From Nymphaea colorata (Eukaryota), in assembly GCF_008831285.2 (NCBI RefSeq), contig NC_045138.2, forward strand, positions 24,366,001-24,430,000: a stretch of 64,000 nucleotides of DNA, in the 5' to 3' direction. A program made the position numbers and the translations under genes. Position 1 is the first letter of the stretch. The number at the start of each line of letters is the position of its first letter. The notes below the pieces were generated by a model. That model made no database searches. It saw nothing but the letters and a program-made list of their open reading frames with translations, and was not told where the DNA came from. Shown here one piece after another: positions 35,643 to 49,644 of this stretch.

Positions 35643-38600
35643 GATACAGCCTTCAGGTAATTGGTACACAACCTAAATTGGCTGGCCTTGGTTCATGGAC
35701 CAGTTGGCTAATTAGGCAAGTTTCTTGGATCTTAGGTGCGTTTGTTCTTGTTCACTTTGTTTAGTACCTTGACAGACCTGCATCCAACTTAGCTCCACCA
35801 CAAGTGTGAACTTGTTTCATTGGAAAAGTTCATTGACGGATGGAAAAGGTTTACTGTAAATAAAAAAAGTGATTGACGTATAGGGGTATTCAAGTCAATC
35901 TCATTTGTTGGCTGTATGTTCTCCCACATGCATCTTGTCTGCTGCTGGATTGTGTTATGCATGTTTGGTTTTCGTAAATTGCACTAGTTAATATAGCCTT
36001 TCTGTTCTTCATAGGTTGTAGAATGGCGCTTGATTTGAGGTGCCTTCAGCTATCTTAATTTCAAGATATCCTTGACTATATGATAATTGGAACCATGCTG
36101 CAGTGGTCATCATGGGCTGTTATCCTGTAGTAGCATGCGTTTGATTTCTCTTCGGTGCATTTGTGATCGGTTGATTTCAGTCAAGTAGGCAGGCAAGTAT
36201 AGATATACCAAGCAACAGGATAGCGATTGAATTGCTGAAAGTGAGTTGCTCAAACTGTGTTACAAGTTTCTGAAAGGGAATTGTCAGTTGTCATAGATAT
36301 TATTCTGTTATTTTGGGCAATTGCTTCTACTTACACCTCTTTGTGTAGTAGATCACATGTTACTGAACATTATGTGGTAAATTTCAATTGGCTATTTACC
36401 TTTTTGTAAATACTTGGTAAAGCATTGTGCATGATCCTATTAAATTTTAACTGATGTGAGTATGTGTTAAGAGTGATTCAAATGCTAGTTGATAGTTCAG
36501 AATGGAAACGTGTGGGATGTGAAACATAGAATTCTGCTTTACGAAGGAGACGTGGAGCTATAATGGTTGAGAATCATTCAACTGAGGAGTGACATGCTTG
36601 AGAAAAAGGTGTCTTTTCGTTTAAGAATCCGTTGTTGAGCTCCTTGATGAGAGGAGGCTTACAATTCTGTATCCTGTGTTATAACCAGACCTGACATGGG
36701 AGGATATTTCTTCCGCTGGGGGAGAATATGATCGGATGAAGTGGAACGCTTTCTTTTTGGAGTAAATGGAACACTTGGTGGCATCAAACGTGACAGTTGC
36801 AGATAGGGACCAACCAACATACTCTTTCTAGATCTTACACCAGATTCTCGCCCTCTCTTGTGGTAGCGGTTGAGCGGTTGAGTGTAGAAGTTGTCCTCAG
36901 AGTGGGGGCTCCGTGCTTTTTGAAGAAAGGAATCTTGATTGTTTGTTATCATCCAGTCAGCCGTGCCTACACCGGCAATCATGCATGAAAATTTGGTGAT
37001 TTAAGAGTTTTTTTCATGGCTGCTCGGCTGACGGGCTAAGTCGCCCTGCAGCTTGTTCGGAACTATCCTGAACTGGGATACCCACATAAGTTGCAAAATT
37101 AGTTGACTTCGTTCTGTGATGGAGAACATCTCTTTTTGTGGGTGAACGTCTTTTAGCTTTGATTACAGTGTCCGTGGGCTCATGTTTCTAAAACACAACT
37201 TTTCGAAAGTTGGCAGACACGTGCACCACTACTTACTCTACTGCACAAAATGAATGAAAAGTTAACTTTTTTACAAGATTATCAGGTTGTTTAGCAGGAT
37301 TAATATTTCCTGGTTCTAGGATATGTGTAGCATACATCAGAAAATTCAAAGACGGGGACGCTCATGTTTGACATGAAAGCTAAAAGGTTAAATCCTGCAC
37401 AAAGTTATCCCTTTCTTTATGCTAGATCTTTTCAGTAGCTGGGTAATATTAAATGGTTTCATCAAAAAGTTGCTTTTATGATACCCTATGCATTACCTGT
37501 TCGTGTATAAACAAGTATGCAGAACACTCTGGTGAGTGCAGGCAGCCAACTTGTGATGTATTTGATGATATAATGAGCATGACCGCGTGAAACTCGAGAA
37601 AAGCTACAGATATCAGAATGGTGGTTCACATCTGGATGCTGCTCGCGTGCCACCATGTTCTCTAGAATCTATCTCTTGGAATCTTTCGTTTCCCTAAAGC
37701 TGTTCCTGTCTTTCCTGGTAAGCACCAGGTTTATACTGCAAATCATCGGTTGACTCTTAGGCCATGGTTCTCCCAACTCGGCCATATTGATGTCCAGTCC
37801 ATGATGAGACATGGACACATGGGGCCCTTGTCTAACATACAGACTCTCTAACATGAAGCTATCATGATTCCTTCTTGAAAAGTTCAATGCATATTGAGAA
37901 GTGCCGATTATCTTAAGTCTTTTTGTTTTTTATTGCGATAACTTGCAGGGCTGTTAGTTTTTTAATTTCCAAGGTCAAATATGTCCATGTTGATCATGAA
38001 AAAAGCTATCTGGAAAACAGGAAGCTTTTTTCCTGACAATGACATGTTTTTGTGGGCATCATGCTCATGAATGCTTTGTTGGAACCACCAAGTTTCCCCC
38101 CTAATCACATGCTCTTCTCAGTCTCGACAGTGACCTTATCCGATTTGCTAAAGTTGAAAAGCTACTGGTCACTTCGGATCATGGATCAAGCAGACTGACC
38201 TATGTCTACTTTCTAGGAAGTGAACTTCATTATACCTGGGAAAAGCAGGAAGAACTAGTTTTAGTATCATGAGTAGATAGGTGACCATATAGAGATTCAA
38301 AATAAATAAGCCAACCGCTGGCTAAATCTAGTACAGGTTCAGAGTTGTAATCATCCAAATGCAGACGCATTTGGAGAAATTTGCATCATGGATAAGGTGC
38401 AACAGTTATAGTCAATGGGGGCTCAGATACGGCATTCCCCCTACCTGGATTTCATGAGATCAGTGTGGGCCAATCCAGATCTGATAACGGGTCCCTTACC
38501 GTGAGGATCCTTACCCAGGAATTCGGGAGCAGAACTTGATTTGGATCATTCTGTTTGATATATTTTTATGTGTAAGATCATTGCGGTGATTCAATCTGAC

Positions 38601-38705
38601 CCAATTCACTGATTATATTGGAAAGCCTAGCTATGACAATCTGACTAATAGAGATCAAGCAGCTAGAGATGTGGTTCAAACTTGAATGGAGAGTTAGATA
38701 AGATC

Positions 38706-39106
38706 TGTTAAAAAGCATATGATAGAGAAACATAGGATATGAATGAGATAAAAAAACGCAGAAAAGGCACCAATTTGTGTGGTTCGGCTTGTAGCCTACA
38801 TCCACGAAAGAAGAGAGGAGTTCTTTTTATTGAGAACTTTCAATCAATTGGAGGTACAAGAGAGGTATTTATAGTTTACAATTGGCTCAAGATAGGGGAG
38901 AAACGTTAGGAATAAAGCACACAAAATTAGGAACTAGAAAGTTCCACATAATCTCTTTTCTAGAAAATCTCCTCTCTAGAAAGTTCCAGCATAATCTCTT
39001 TTCTAGGAAGATTGAACGTAATCTCCTCTCTAGAAAATTCGAGGAGTTATCATAATCTCCTCTCTAGAAGGTTCCAGCATAATCTCCTCTCTAGAAAGAT
39101 CCAACA
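38706..39106 (-). mobile_element. Solo LTR of an LTR retrotransposon (401 bp)
   Basis: Termini TGTT...AACA; exact 5-bp TSD AGATC (38701-38705, 39107-39111); minus-strand TATAAATA (38866-38873) and AATAAA (38826-38831); U3-side tandem repeats of taatctc(c/t)tctctagaaa. Confidence 0.9.
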
Positions 39107-42100
39107 AGATCATCGAGTTGAAAGAGGATAAGAATTTACTCCAAGGTTTAGTTCTTTCCATACTCTGATGGAAATCTGGCTATCCCCAATTTTTTTTTGG
39201 TACATATAAAAAATAAAAGCTATTCACCACAATCTTACTCAAGATCTGCACTCAGATGCATTCAGTTTTGGCTCGATCAAGCAAGCTAGTTCTATGGAGT
39301 TGCCTGGATACCATGGACTAATACCTTTCCAGGTGATTCTTGAATTAGATTCAGCTGAGTCGAAGAAATGATTTCGGGCCTGGGTAACCAAATCTCAACT
39401 TAACCGAGCTGAGAGCACAGATAGTACTTCCCAAGTGGACCTCAGTTTCTGCAATAGCACATTCATCAAAGTGTGCTCTTTTGATCTTGGTTACATTCAT
39501 TCATGCATCCACCCTGCAGACCACACAGCATGCACTCCCAATGTTTCAACCATGGAGTGATGGTGGTGCTGGTGCTGGTTTTGTGGTCAGACTGTCTTTT
39601 GATATTGCCCTAGACTGTGGATTTCGTCCATATACTTTCGATATTACATGATCTACTAGCAAAATTCCGGCAATTCTTTGCAAATACACTTAATTTCCCT
39701 GTCAAAATGTTTAAACTCAAGAGGCACTTTAGTAAATTGAGCACATAGTTCATGACTATGCTGCAGGTAATGGTGGTGCTTGTCTTTCTGCAATGTTTCC
39801 AACTTGATGAGAATGGGGAACACCAATATCTGCGACTTGATACAGCTTTGTCAGATGAACATATGTGGATTATATATGCACTATTGACATATGCAACAGA
39901 CAACATCATAAGTGGCATGACGGTCAGTGTTTTATGTACATGTACTGTCTATAAGAGAGTACATACATGAAAAACATGTCTTTTGTGTATGTATAATTAT
40001 TTATGTATATAGCATTTAATTCCCTACTAGAAAGATATATGATATATGCAAGTGGGACACAAGCAGCCTAATGAGGAAACCCGTCCAATTACTACTTGGT
40101 GGTGCTTTGATGAGAAGATAATGATATCAAGACTAGAAAGCTGGATGGAGGGACCCAAGTTTGACCAATTAAATGAGTTTTATGCATACTCATATGCACC
40201 ATCTTGCATTGCGTACGCAAGTGCACATATATTTATAGGTGGATTGATGTTGTTGATGATGAACAAACTTGGGCAGATTGGACCTTCCAATTCCCCCTAA
40301 GATCCTGCTTACATTGACTAGAATTACAACCCATGAAGCCCAAGACAAGAGCGAGCCAAGCTCTTGAGCCTTCTTGGTTCGATCCTTTTAGATCAGTAAC
40401 CTCACCCTCCTCCTAGTATGTCTGATCCAGAACCATTAATTACGGTAAGCAAGTTCAGCAAACATGATGGTGACAAGTGGCATGCGGCAGCAAAAGCCAG
40501 GTGTCGGCCACCGCTTTCGGCGCGTCGTCACTGATTGACTGGAGCACCACCACCATTGTGGTTGGAAAAGATGAACCAGATTGCACCAACTTTCTCCGTT
40601 GTTTATTATTTCCTGGTAGCTGTTTTCCTCCTCACATTTCTTGCCTTGCAAACATCTGTAGAAAAATGGCAAACCACTTTAATGATATTCATGCAAGAAT
40701 AGCAATAAAATATTTCTAAAACTAAGAATAGAGGAAATATCTAGGCGACTAGCTCTACTATTTTGGAGAATAAGGAACAAAAACGACCTAACCAATTAAA
40801 GACATCTCATCTAATTATGGCCCATCATAAAGTTGAGCATGATAATTAGTGTGCGGTGGCCGGTGGGCGAGAAGTTTCTGCATGACTTGAGCAACTGAAA
40901 AAGAAAAGCCATGTCTAATGTCGACAAGGTTGCCCTCATCTGATCTCACGAATCAAAAGTATCAAGATGATGAATCCCCATGAGCTCAAAACCCTGACTG
41001 GATGTCTGTCTTTAAAGGTTAAAGCTGTTTGTACTCCTTAACGGGAAAAGTTTTGCCAATAAAAGGCCCGCCAGTATGCAGTAAGTGATATTTGTTAATT
41101 TGTATGTAACAAAAGAAAAGGATGTCTTGAACAGGGTGGTCCTAGAATAATCAACTGTATTTCTTGGATTACATTTGTGGACCTTCCCTGCCATGTCTAT
41201 TGTGTCCTTGATGGTATGAGGCCCCATTGGAGCAGCTTTTGAATGTATATTAGCAGGAGAAGCTGATCCAGCGTTTGCTTAAATAATGAACCTATACGAA
41301 TCTAAATATCCAGTCATGGGAGTGGAATATACAAGCTTTTCCTGCATCATATGAGCACCCATGTTTTTTTTTTTTTTTGGCACTAGGAGTCGTCTAAAGC
41401 CATCTCGATCTAAGATTTCTTATTTTTATCTGAAAAAATAATTTGAAAGTAATTTTAAATAATAAGACTATATTTTTTGGCCCAGTGCTTCTTTGGTTAT
41501 GCTTTCCGATAATTACTGGGTACAATGTTAAGGCTTCAAAATTTGAAACGCTAGCAAAGATCAGTTCGTTACGGGGAGGATTCCGGTCTAGTATGTTAAC
41601 AGAGTATGAGCATTTAATTCAATGTTAAGGAATCCAAGGAACGTGGACTAATCTCGTCGTTGCCTTTTTTCCAAAGAAATCCACACTTTTTTTTACGTAT
41701 TTTGGATTCTGAACCCTTGTTCGGCCAAGCGTGTAAATGTTCTTGGATGTTAACAGAATCCCGTGACAAAAACGCAATAATTTGACAGATTATTAAACGC
41801 CACAGAAACTAACGGCCTAGTAGATTGCCTATCTTCAAATCTGCACTCTTTCCTGAACGCACTTCCGCCGCTAAATCTTCGAATGGATTTTCCTGCAAGC
41901 TGGTCCTTCAACTGTGTGGTCTAGGTTAAAAAAAAAAAGAGGTTTTGTTTTTCGTGCATGGTTTCACAAATTGACTACTGTCGTTTGCATTGTTACACTA
42001 AATGTAGACTTCAAAAGGTGGAAAAAAAAAAGGCACGCTCTTATAATAACATATATCGTATCTAAAATATTCGTCATTCCTGACCTTAGATATTCGACTC

Positions 42101-44431
42101 TGTCAACATGGGTATATCTTGATCCGTTATCTGCTGTTAACAGTTCCCTGGGAGCAGATTCGACTGTCAACAAACCATCTTGCAAGAGTCAATTCTCTGG
42201 AGACAGTTTAAATTGACAAAGAAAATGAATAACATGGGCTCTTTTTCAAGGAAAGGACCTTTAAAAGGATGTACCCAGAGAACTCTGCAACTCGGTATCC
42301 TTACATACTGTCACCGCCAACAATTTCAAAACCTCTACCTCGTAATTCAACCAGAGAGCGTAAGTACTAGTTTCACTTATTAAATGAACACAAGAAGATC
42401 AACCATCGATCGTCATCACCAAGCCCCCATGAAAAATAAAACGTCCAAGACAAGAACAGTACCCACATCAGAAACCAACTGGAAAACCACGGCAAAATAT
42501 GGTTAAATATTAAATTGGTCAATCCGCAGAAAACCCGCCTCTTTTTTCGCAAAATGATTTTTGCTTCCACGCAGCGCATACTCTCTTTCTCAAATTCCAT
42601 GATCAGCCATGTCAATGTAATATTGGATTCCAATTTCCATCAGCTACGTACACCAATCTAATATTCTTCAAATATACCCATGCATATATAGAGGTTGCTT
42701 GGTAGGAACGTTGTATTTTTAAAACGCCTGTTAGATTGTTAGGTTTAAGAAATAAAATTCATGACCAAGCTATATTTTCCAAAACAAATTAAAACTGCAG
42801 ACCTTAGGAATATATATTGAAAGAATGCAATATTCATCTCAGCAAATGCCCTCAATGAAGTCGGCATGAATATTATTGACAATATCGACTTTTCTATCGG
42901 TTCCGAAACCTTTAATGGAACATCATTATTATGGTCGATAAAACATCGGCTAAAATGAGACTTTATCAGCCAATTTTAACTGTTTTCTAAAATGCTTAAA
43001 AATTAAGAATCATTTATAAAATTATTGTTTAATTAAAACTGAGACATATACAGAGCTTTATCCGCTGATAGAAACCAATATATGGCCCATATTTGAAAAT
43101 TCACGCGTCGGGCCCTATGTAAATTATTGTTGTGGTGAGAGGTCAACACCATTATGGGCAGATACAAGCCGATGCGCACCAATATTAATTACATTAGTTG
43201 GCAAATCGAGAACGAATTAATTGGCTCCCAAAAGCGCAGTTAGGGTTATAATCATGCTTGAACTCTCATGAATGCCACTCTTTGGGTAAGTTGAAGCTGA
43301 GTTTACCACTTTTAATTGGATAATTAAATTCAAGCAGAGTTTGCCCTTTTTTTTGTTTTACTTTGGATAAGTTTTACTTTAAGTTGCAATAGTTATCATG
43401 TTCCTGTTTGATTTTAATATATCAGAATATTTTTCATATTTATGTTTTTTTTTTGTTTAATCTTATACATGTAGTACTATTTTGTTTAGGACTTCCTGCC
43501 CAACAAAAGAAAAACTATGAGGCCGAGATTTTCACATAAAAAGATTTCAGTAAGAATCAGTACTTGGATCAACTCCATAAAGAAAAGGAGGAAGAAAGAA
43601 AGGACACACAACGCCATAATTCGAGAAGTCGTAAAGGACCAATCATGTAAACAATGAACTTTATTTAAATGGACCCAACAACGATACTATCCCCTTCTCC
43701 TATCGTCATCCATGTCCACATAAGTGTTATTACACGGTTTAGTGCATTCCAGCTGATTAGATGATCAATGGAAAATAAGTTTTAAGTTTTCCCAAAAAAT
43801 TATTGGCCACCGTATTTAAAGACTTCGACATTTGCAAAATAATGTTCTTTAAATATACAAATAAGGCTTTTAAGTTAAAACAAGACGTCCGTTGATTTTT
43901 AATTTCTCTCAACATCTAACTGCATGCATGCAGAAACACGACTTCATTTTCTATGCCCAGCCAATATTAATTAGTTTCGCTACAAGTACATTCACAGTTG
44001 TGATATATAGGCTCCAAGTCAACCTGCATTCAATTCAAAGAAAGAAGCTTTTCATGTCACAGACAAGGTATGAAATAGCTAGGTAAAACATCCTATAGCT
44101 ATCTATGTAATCATATTCTTCATATTTTCATTGATAGATTTATCCAGGCAAGATTTATTACAAGAATGGCTCAGTTGGTAGGAATCGAGACCTGAGCTGC
44201 AATGTTTTCCGAAATCATATTTTCATTTTAACTACAAAAAACTTACGATTGATTCAGCCGAAATCCTCTACGTATTTGCATACAGGAAGCCATGGAGAAG
44301 GTGGTCATGTAAAGCACAATAATTGCTCTTGACCAAGTGGATGGCGCCTCTCTCTCTCTCGCTTCTTCTCTTTCTTCCTCCGCCAGCCATCTCGCTCTCT
44401 TTCTTCTTAAATGCATAACCCCCAACCTTCC

Positions 44432-44441
44432 CTATTTAAAC
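44432..44441 (+). promoter_or_regulatory. TATA-like box (CTATTTAAAC) of the Gly-rich protein gene
   Basis: About 60 nt upstream of ATG 44496, followed by a pyrimidine-rich leader. Confidence 0.55.
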
Positions 44442-44495
44442 CCACCACCGTCACCATCTCCACTTCATTTCTATCTTTTTTTCTGTATCTCGCCA

Positions 44496-44963
44496 ATGCC
44501 CACAATGAAGAAGATTACCTCATCAATCCTTTCGCCCTTAGCGGTTGCAGCCCTCCTCCTGTCCACCCTGGTCCTCGCCGGGGCGGACCGGGAGGAGACC
44601 GCTAACGGCTTCGAGGAAGAGCTCAGGAGGGCGAACCGCGGCCCCAACTCCGATGGAGACCCTTACGGAGGTATACCCGGCGGTTTCTTCCCCGGTGGCG
44701 GTTTTCCATTCCCCGGCTTCGGCCCCGGGATGGGCGGCGGGTACGGCGCCGGGTTCGGTGGACCTGGTGGCGGATACTCCCGCGGCGGCATCTACCGCCC
44801 TACGGTTACCTGCAACACTCCCGGGCCGTGTTACAGGAAGAGGCTGGCCTGCCCAGCGAGCTGCTTTGGGTCGTTCAGCGGGTCGGGCAAGGGATACGGC
44901 TACGGCGGCGGCGGCGGTGGGTGCACCATCGACTGCAGGAAGAAGTGTATTGCTTACTGTTAA
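44496..44963 (+). CDS. Secreted glycine-rich protein with Cys-rich C-terminal domain (155 aa; 152 aa if ATG 44505 is used)
   Basis: Intronless GC-rich ORF: signal peptide (MKKITSSILSPLAVAALLLSTLVLA), GGF/GGY repeats, then CNTPGPCYRKRLACPASC...GGGGGGCTIDCRKKCIAYC*, a plant cell-wall GRP-type architecture. Confidence 0.88.
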   Translation: MPTMKKITSSILSPLAVAALLLSTLVLAGADREETANGFEEELRRANRGPNSDGDPYGGIPGGFFPGGGFPFPGFGPGMGGGYGAGFGGPGGGYSRGGIYRPTVTCNTPGPCYRKRLACPASCFGSFSGSGKGYGYGGGGGGCTIDCRKKCIAYC

Positions 44964-47900
44964 GGGAGAGCCACGGTGGTGGTTTCCCAGCCGCCGGGAT
45001 ACCGGTTGGTGGTTTGGGGGGCGCGATTCGTGGTTAGTGGTAATGCTACGTACTGTTGGCCTTTCGGTTTCTGTCTCCTTCGTTCTCTCGATTGGCTGAG
45101 TTTTATGATGTCTGTAAATCTAAAGCTTTCGGTGTTGCTTTGACGTTTGGATCCTTCTTGTAGTGACTTTGGTTTGCCTCCGCTGTTATGACCATATGAT
45201 ATATCTTTACATGGACACGACGCTAGCTCTTATATATGGAATAAATGGTTTATTATTATCACCTAGAGAGAGGTTACCTTTACTTTACTTGGCATGCTTT
45301 TGTAAGTGGGTTAATATTGCTGTTAAAATTGATTTTTTGGTTCTTGTTTTTTTTTTCAGAAGTTTAAGATGTTTAATCGCAGTCGCATTTAAAAACCTGA
45401 ACTTGCTTTGATGGTTCTGTTTAGTTGGTCATTCGGAAAACAGTCCTTTTTTTACTTAATTTTTGTTATCTTTTTCTTCTTGATATTTTTGGTTTATTAA
45501 GCTTGCAAAATCTTAATTTCACTGCTCTTGTGCATACAAAGCACAGGAAAAAGGAAACTCATCGAAATTTGGGATGCCATTCTTTTTAGAGTTTGAGTTG
45601 AGTATGCCGGTCGGGTTACCTGTTACAGTTCACAATCAGGTTCGATTCTTTTAGCGAGAGTTACCTGTAAAAAAAAAAAAAAAAAAACAATTATACTATA
45701 TGGTTGGGAGCAGTACGTAGAAAGTTTAAACTAATCAAATACAATTGATTGGACCTAGTTTAATTTATTCATCTATTATTTGTTCGCTTGTAGGTTAGGG
45801 AGACGACGAATTGAATGTCTCTTCCACTCATCCTAATGGAGCAAGAAAGTGATATACCAGCTTATCCTGTTTATCCAGATAACCTAACTCGATTTCACGT
45901 AGAAAAAGTCGTGCTAAGACAAGAAATTATGCATCCGATGGGCATCGCCAAGGTCTCCTTCTCTTTTGTGCTACGGTCAAGAGCATGAGCATCAAGCGAA
46001 GAAAAGAAGAAAAGGGAACAGAGAAAAGTAATAATAATTAACCCACAGAAAGAACGGCTCGTGGGTGCTGACCCACGATATAGAAGACAAATGGGTTCCC
46101 TTAACAGGCCATTGATGGTGACCATGCCAACTTGGTTCGAGACAGATGACTGAGACTAGTAAGGGAACACCGCTACGCTCCATGATCACCCAACGCACTG
46201 CCCTTCTGAGTTGCATTAGGCTGTCTTGTGGGTTCCCTAAAGCTGCAAGTATCGTTCATATTTTGAAAATATTGTAACACATTAAAACCTTGGTATTTTG
46301 AAACATTACGACACCATCTTTTATATTGTTATACATATGGAATCAAAATATTTGGGCTGGCCAAGGCCGAAACTTAACAAGGTGCTCAATATGGTGGATC
46401 CTGACCCACTTACCCATTAGTCAGTGCCTGTTCCAGCCTCGGAAAAGCTGCCAGGAAGCAAGCTGAAATATAAAACATATAAGAGGTCGTTTCGCCAAAA
46501 TGTCTCATGAAATCTGCTTTAAAGATTTGTATAAGGTATAAAAGATTCTTCCTGTCAAAGGAACCCTAAAGGTACCAAGTTGCAACCTCTTTTCATTTTC
46601 AGATGAAACCTGTTTTAGAAGCCCGATGGTGTAAGAAGGCCAATTCTTTCATATAAACTAGTCTTTCTCGCAATTATAAAACTATTTTTCTCAGTATATA
46701 ATTAATATTATGATCTACAGTTTCAAGGCATGCACATTGTTGCATGTGAAATCTGTTGTGCCCATGCTGAACTTAGCTCTTGGCAGCAACTATAATAACT
46801 GAACTCAAAATAGATGATGGATCCTAATACACCCATTCATTTCAAACATCACTACAATCTAGGAGACGAGGGCGCAACAAGAGATGAAGAATAGAGGTCA
46901 CTTAAAAGTTTTTCAGTGTTATTAATATAAACTATCCTTAAATCTTTGAAAGTACGATGCACTAATCCAAACCTCTTGGCATGCTTGATATCTTACTCAC
47001 GTGCCGAACCCTTATTACAGAATAGTTAGGTTTCCTTTCAATTTTCTTGAGACTGTCAAAAGATGCACAATCCATTTTCTTATTCACAAAATTTTTTACT
47101 GTTGCAATGCGTCGCTAGGGCACAATGTTCAAGAATATTGTCCAAAGAGGCTTATGGCCGGGTTAAGTATCAGTCTTTGGACGTTGTGTAACGATTCGCG
47201 TCACCAATATGTTAAGAATAAGAATTTACACATGTCTGCTGGTAGCCGTAAATGCCGAGAGCCATTTATTCCTCCAATTTGTGACTTGAACAAGTGCTAG
47301 GCCAACAGTCCTCATGATCAACTCAAGCCAAGAGGACTGAATAACCCATGTTTGGGCTGACTGATTTCCCAAAAACCAAGCGCTCCGCCCGTTGTTGGTA
47401 GTGAGTTTTGCCGAGGTCGAGATCAGAAGAATCAAAGTAATGAGATATATATATATATATATCATTCAACCATCTCTGGGATGTGATGAACAGAAGATAG
47501 ATGGATTATTGATTAAGAAGAAGCCCATGCAAGTCGAGCCAAGCGGGTTAATCGAAAAAATTATTTTTGCAAGTTCCAACTTCTAACAAGCTCAAGCATG
47601 TATGCACGTATATATATATATATAATTTAGGACAGATTATAGAGAAAATCAAGAACTTCTGGAAGCATGCTGCCGACTGGCACTCAAGCCTATTAGCCGT
47701 TGTGGAAAAATATACTCTCCCTGTGCCCCTGGTATTAAAGAACTCCAGACTGTAAAATTGTATACTCCTTGAAGTGGCAACCGACAATTATGTGGAAATA
47801 AATACGAGCATCGAAGTAAATGCTTAGATGTAGAAAAAGCAACGATGTCTCCAACCAATGCGTGGCCAATTGCCCAGCGGCTGGCCAACTAAAATGTGCG

Positions 47901-49262
47901 TTGAAGGCATGACCACCCTTAATTTATCTCTTAAGTCTGCAAGTGTGGTAGAGGTGAGCTACACATTTGACCAATCTACACTGTTTTCAATTGCTCTCTT
48001 ATGTCGTGGCCATTTAGCTAGCCTACGAGGCTCTTGCTGCTGAAGAATCTTACTGGGTAGGCCCATGTGGCTGAAGCAGATTTCTTTTAAGTTTTTCTAA
48101 TTCTGTCCATTTCCATTGAGTTTGAAGTTAAGGTGATCAAGGATGCTTTGGGCATATAAAACAAGCTACAGTGACGTATTTGGAAAACTGCAGTTCTGGG
48201 CATACCGCAAATCTCAGTGAACTCCCCTCTCATAAGAAATCTGACTGCCATTTTATTCTTTAATTTAGGGTCATGTTATTCTTCTTTGTGCAGATGATAC
48301 AATCTTTCTTTAGCAGGGTTGAAGATCTTTATTTGGAAAATATGAGATTGATTCTAGTGGAGTTTGAGAAGCACTCAGGAATTAAGGTTATTATACTGGT
48401 TTCTCTATTTTGCATCTCTTTTGCCTCAGTAAACTACACATTGAGTTGTTAATAGGGGTTATGCATCATCTCCTTTAAATATCCTTTAACTGTCTCATTT
48501 GTAGTGTTTCTGTTCTTAGGCTTCAACATGTCCTTGATCAGAACGTTGATATCTACAAAACGTTTTGAGGTTGCTTTTCATCATGGAGCTGTCTCAAGAA
48601 AGAACTACACTCAAAATGGAACGCCATGTTTAAGTATGTGAGGAAAAACAGACCATGATTGACTATGCATTGGTTCTCCAGGGAGCAGATGGACTTTCAT
48701 TTCTGTGATATTATATCTGAATCTATCCGACAGAGATAGCAATGAGTAAAGTAGATGTGACGGTGCAACGCAGAAAAGATTATTAAAATTGTTCTCGGGA
48801 CAGCCTAGTTAAGTTTTAGATGAGCCTAAACCTACAAAATACAAGACGCTTCTTTTTGGTTGCGAGGAGTCATACCAGAAAGCTCTAAGAGCCAATCCTA
48901 CATAAAAACTAGCTGAAAAATGTCTGGCCATTATCTTCTGATTTCGGAGCTAGATTAGGACTCTCTAGAAACACTCAAGAGGGCATTCAAAAATATTTGA
49001 ATTTTTCTGCACAGAGGCTTTTAGCCTGACATGAGTTATTTTACATTATCATGCAAATGTGTGAGCCATAAGCAACCAGCTAAACCCATCTGATTCATCA
49101 GCTAGTGGGACGTCCATTCCAAGTAGGGCGGGGGATTCTCGGTGACGACATGGGCATATAGGAAAAGACAATGTCGGCAACCAAGGTATCTGCCTGCCGT
49201 TTTGCAGGGGAAACATGCCGAACATTTTTTCCAGCGGGGGAGAGAGAGAGAGAGATTTACCA

Positions 49263-49474
49263 GAAACAGAGGGTCGAACGGAGACGATCAACGGAAGGAG
49301 AGAGAGAAATCATCAGAACAGTATAATAATAATGAAAAAAAAAAAGAATTTCGAACGACAGATAGAGCCCATCACCGAGGCAATCATCACTAATTTGTGA
49401 ATTACTTTGTTTCTGTAAATCGCTCATGACCGGCGATCTGAAACAGAGGGTCGAACGGAGACGATCAGCGGAAG

Positions 49475-49508
<34 letters not shown>

Positions 49509-49644
49509 AGTAGAATAAAAAAAAAGGAATTTCGAACGACGGAATAGAGATCATCACAGAGGCAGTCATCACTCATTTGTGAATTACTTTGTTTTTATTC
49601 TTTAAGAGTTGAGCTGTGTTCCGTAGATTGCTCATGACCGGCGT
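49263..49644. repeat. Tandem duplication, ~177-200 bp x2, with (GA)n expansion in copy 2
   Basis: gaaacagagggtcgaacggagacgatca...ctcatgaccggcg begins at 49263 and 49440. Confidence 0.9.

Noticed and set aside
36640..36990. Coding-like composition with short ORFs
   Set aside because: Stops in the + frames and no recognisable family.
38935..39100. Short spaced repeats superficially CRISPR-like
   Set aside because: Eukaryotic context, no unique spacers; they are LTR U3 repeats.
39519..39590. Imperfect hairpin gaccaca..cactcc/ggagtg..tgtggtc
   Set aside because: Too many bulges for a miRNA precursor; no known mature miRNA recognised.
42690..43100. Possible Tourist-like and other TE remnants
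   Set aside because: TIRs and TSDs too degenerate to fix boundaries.
44168..44200. tRNA/SINE A-box-like TGGCTCAGTTGGTAG
   Set aside because: No B box or cloverleaf follows.
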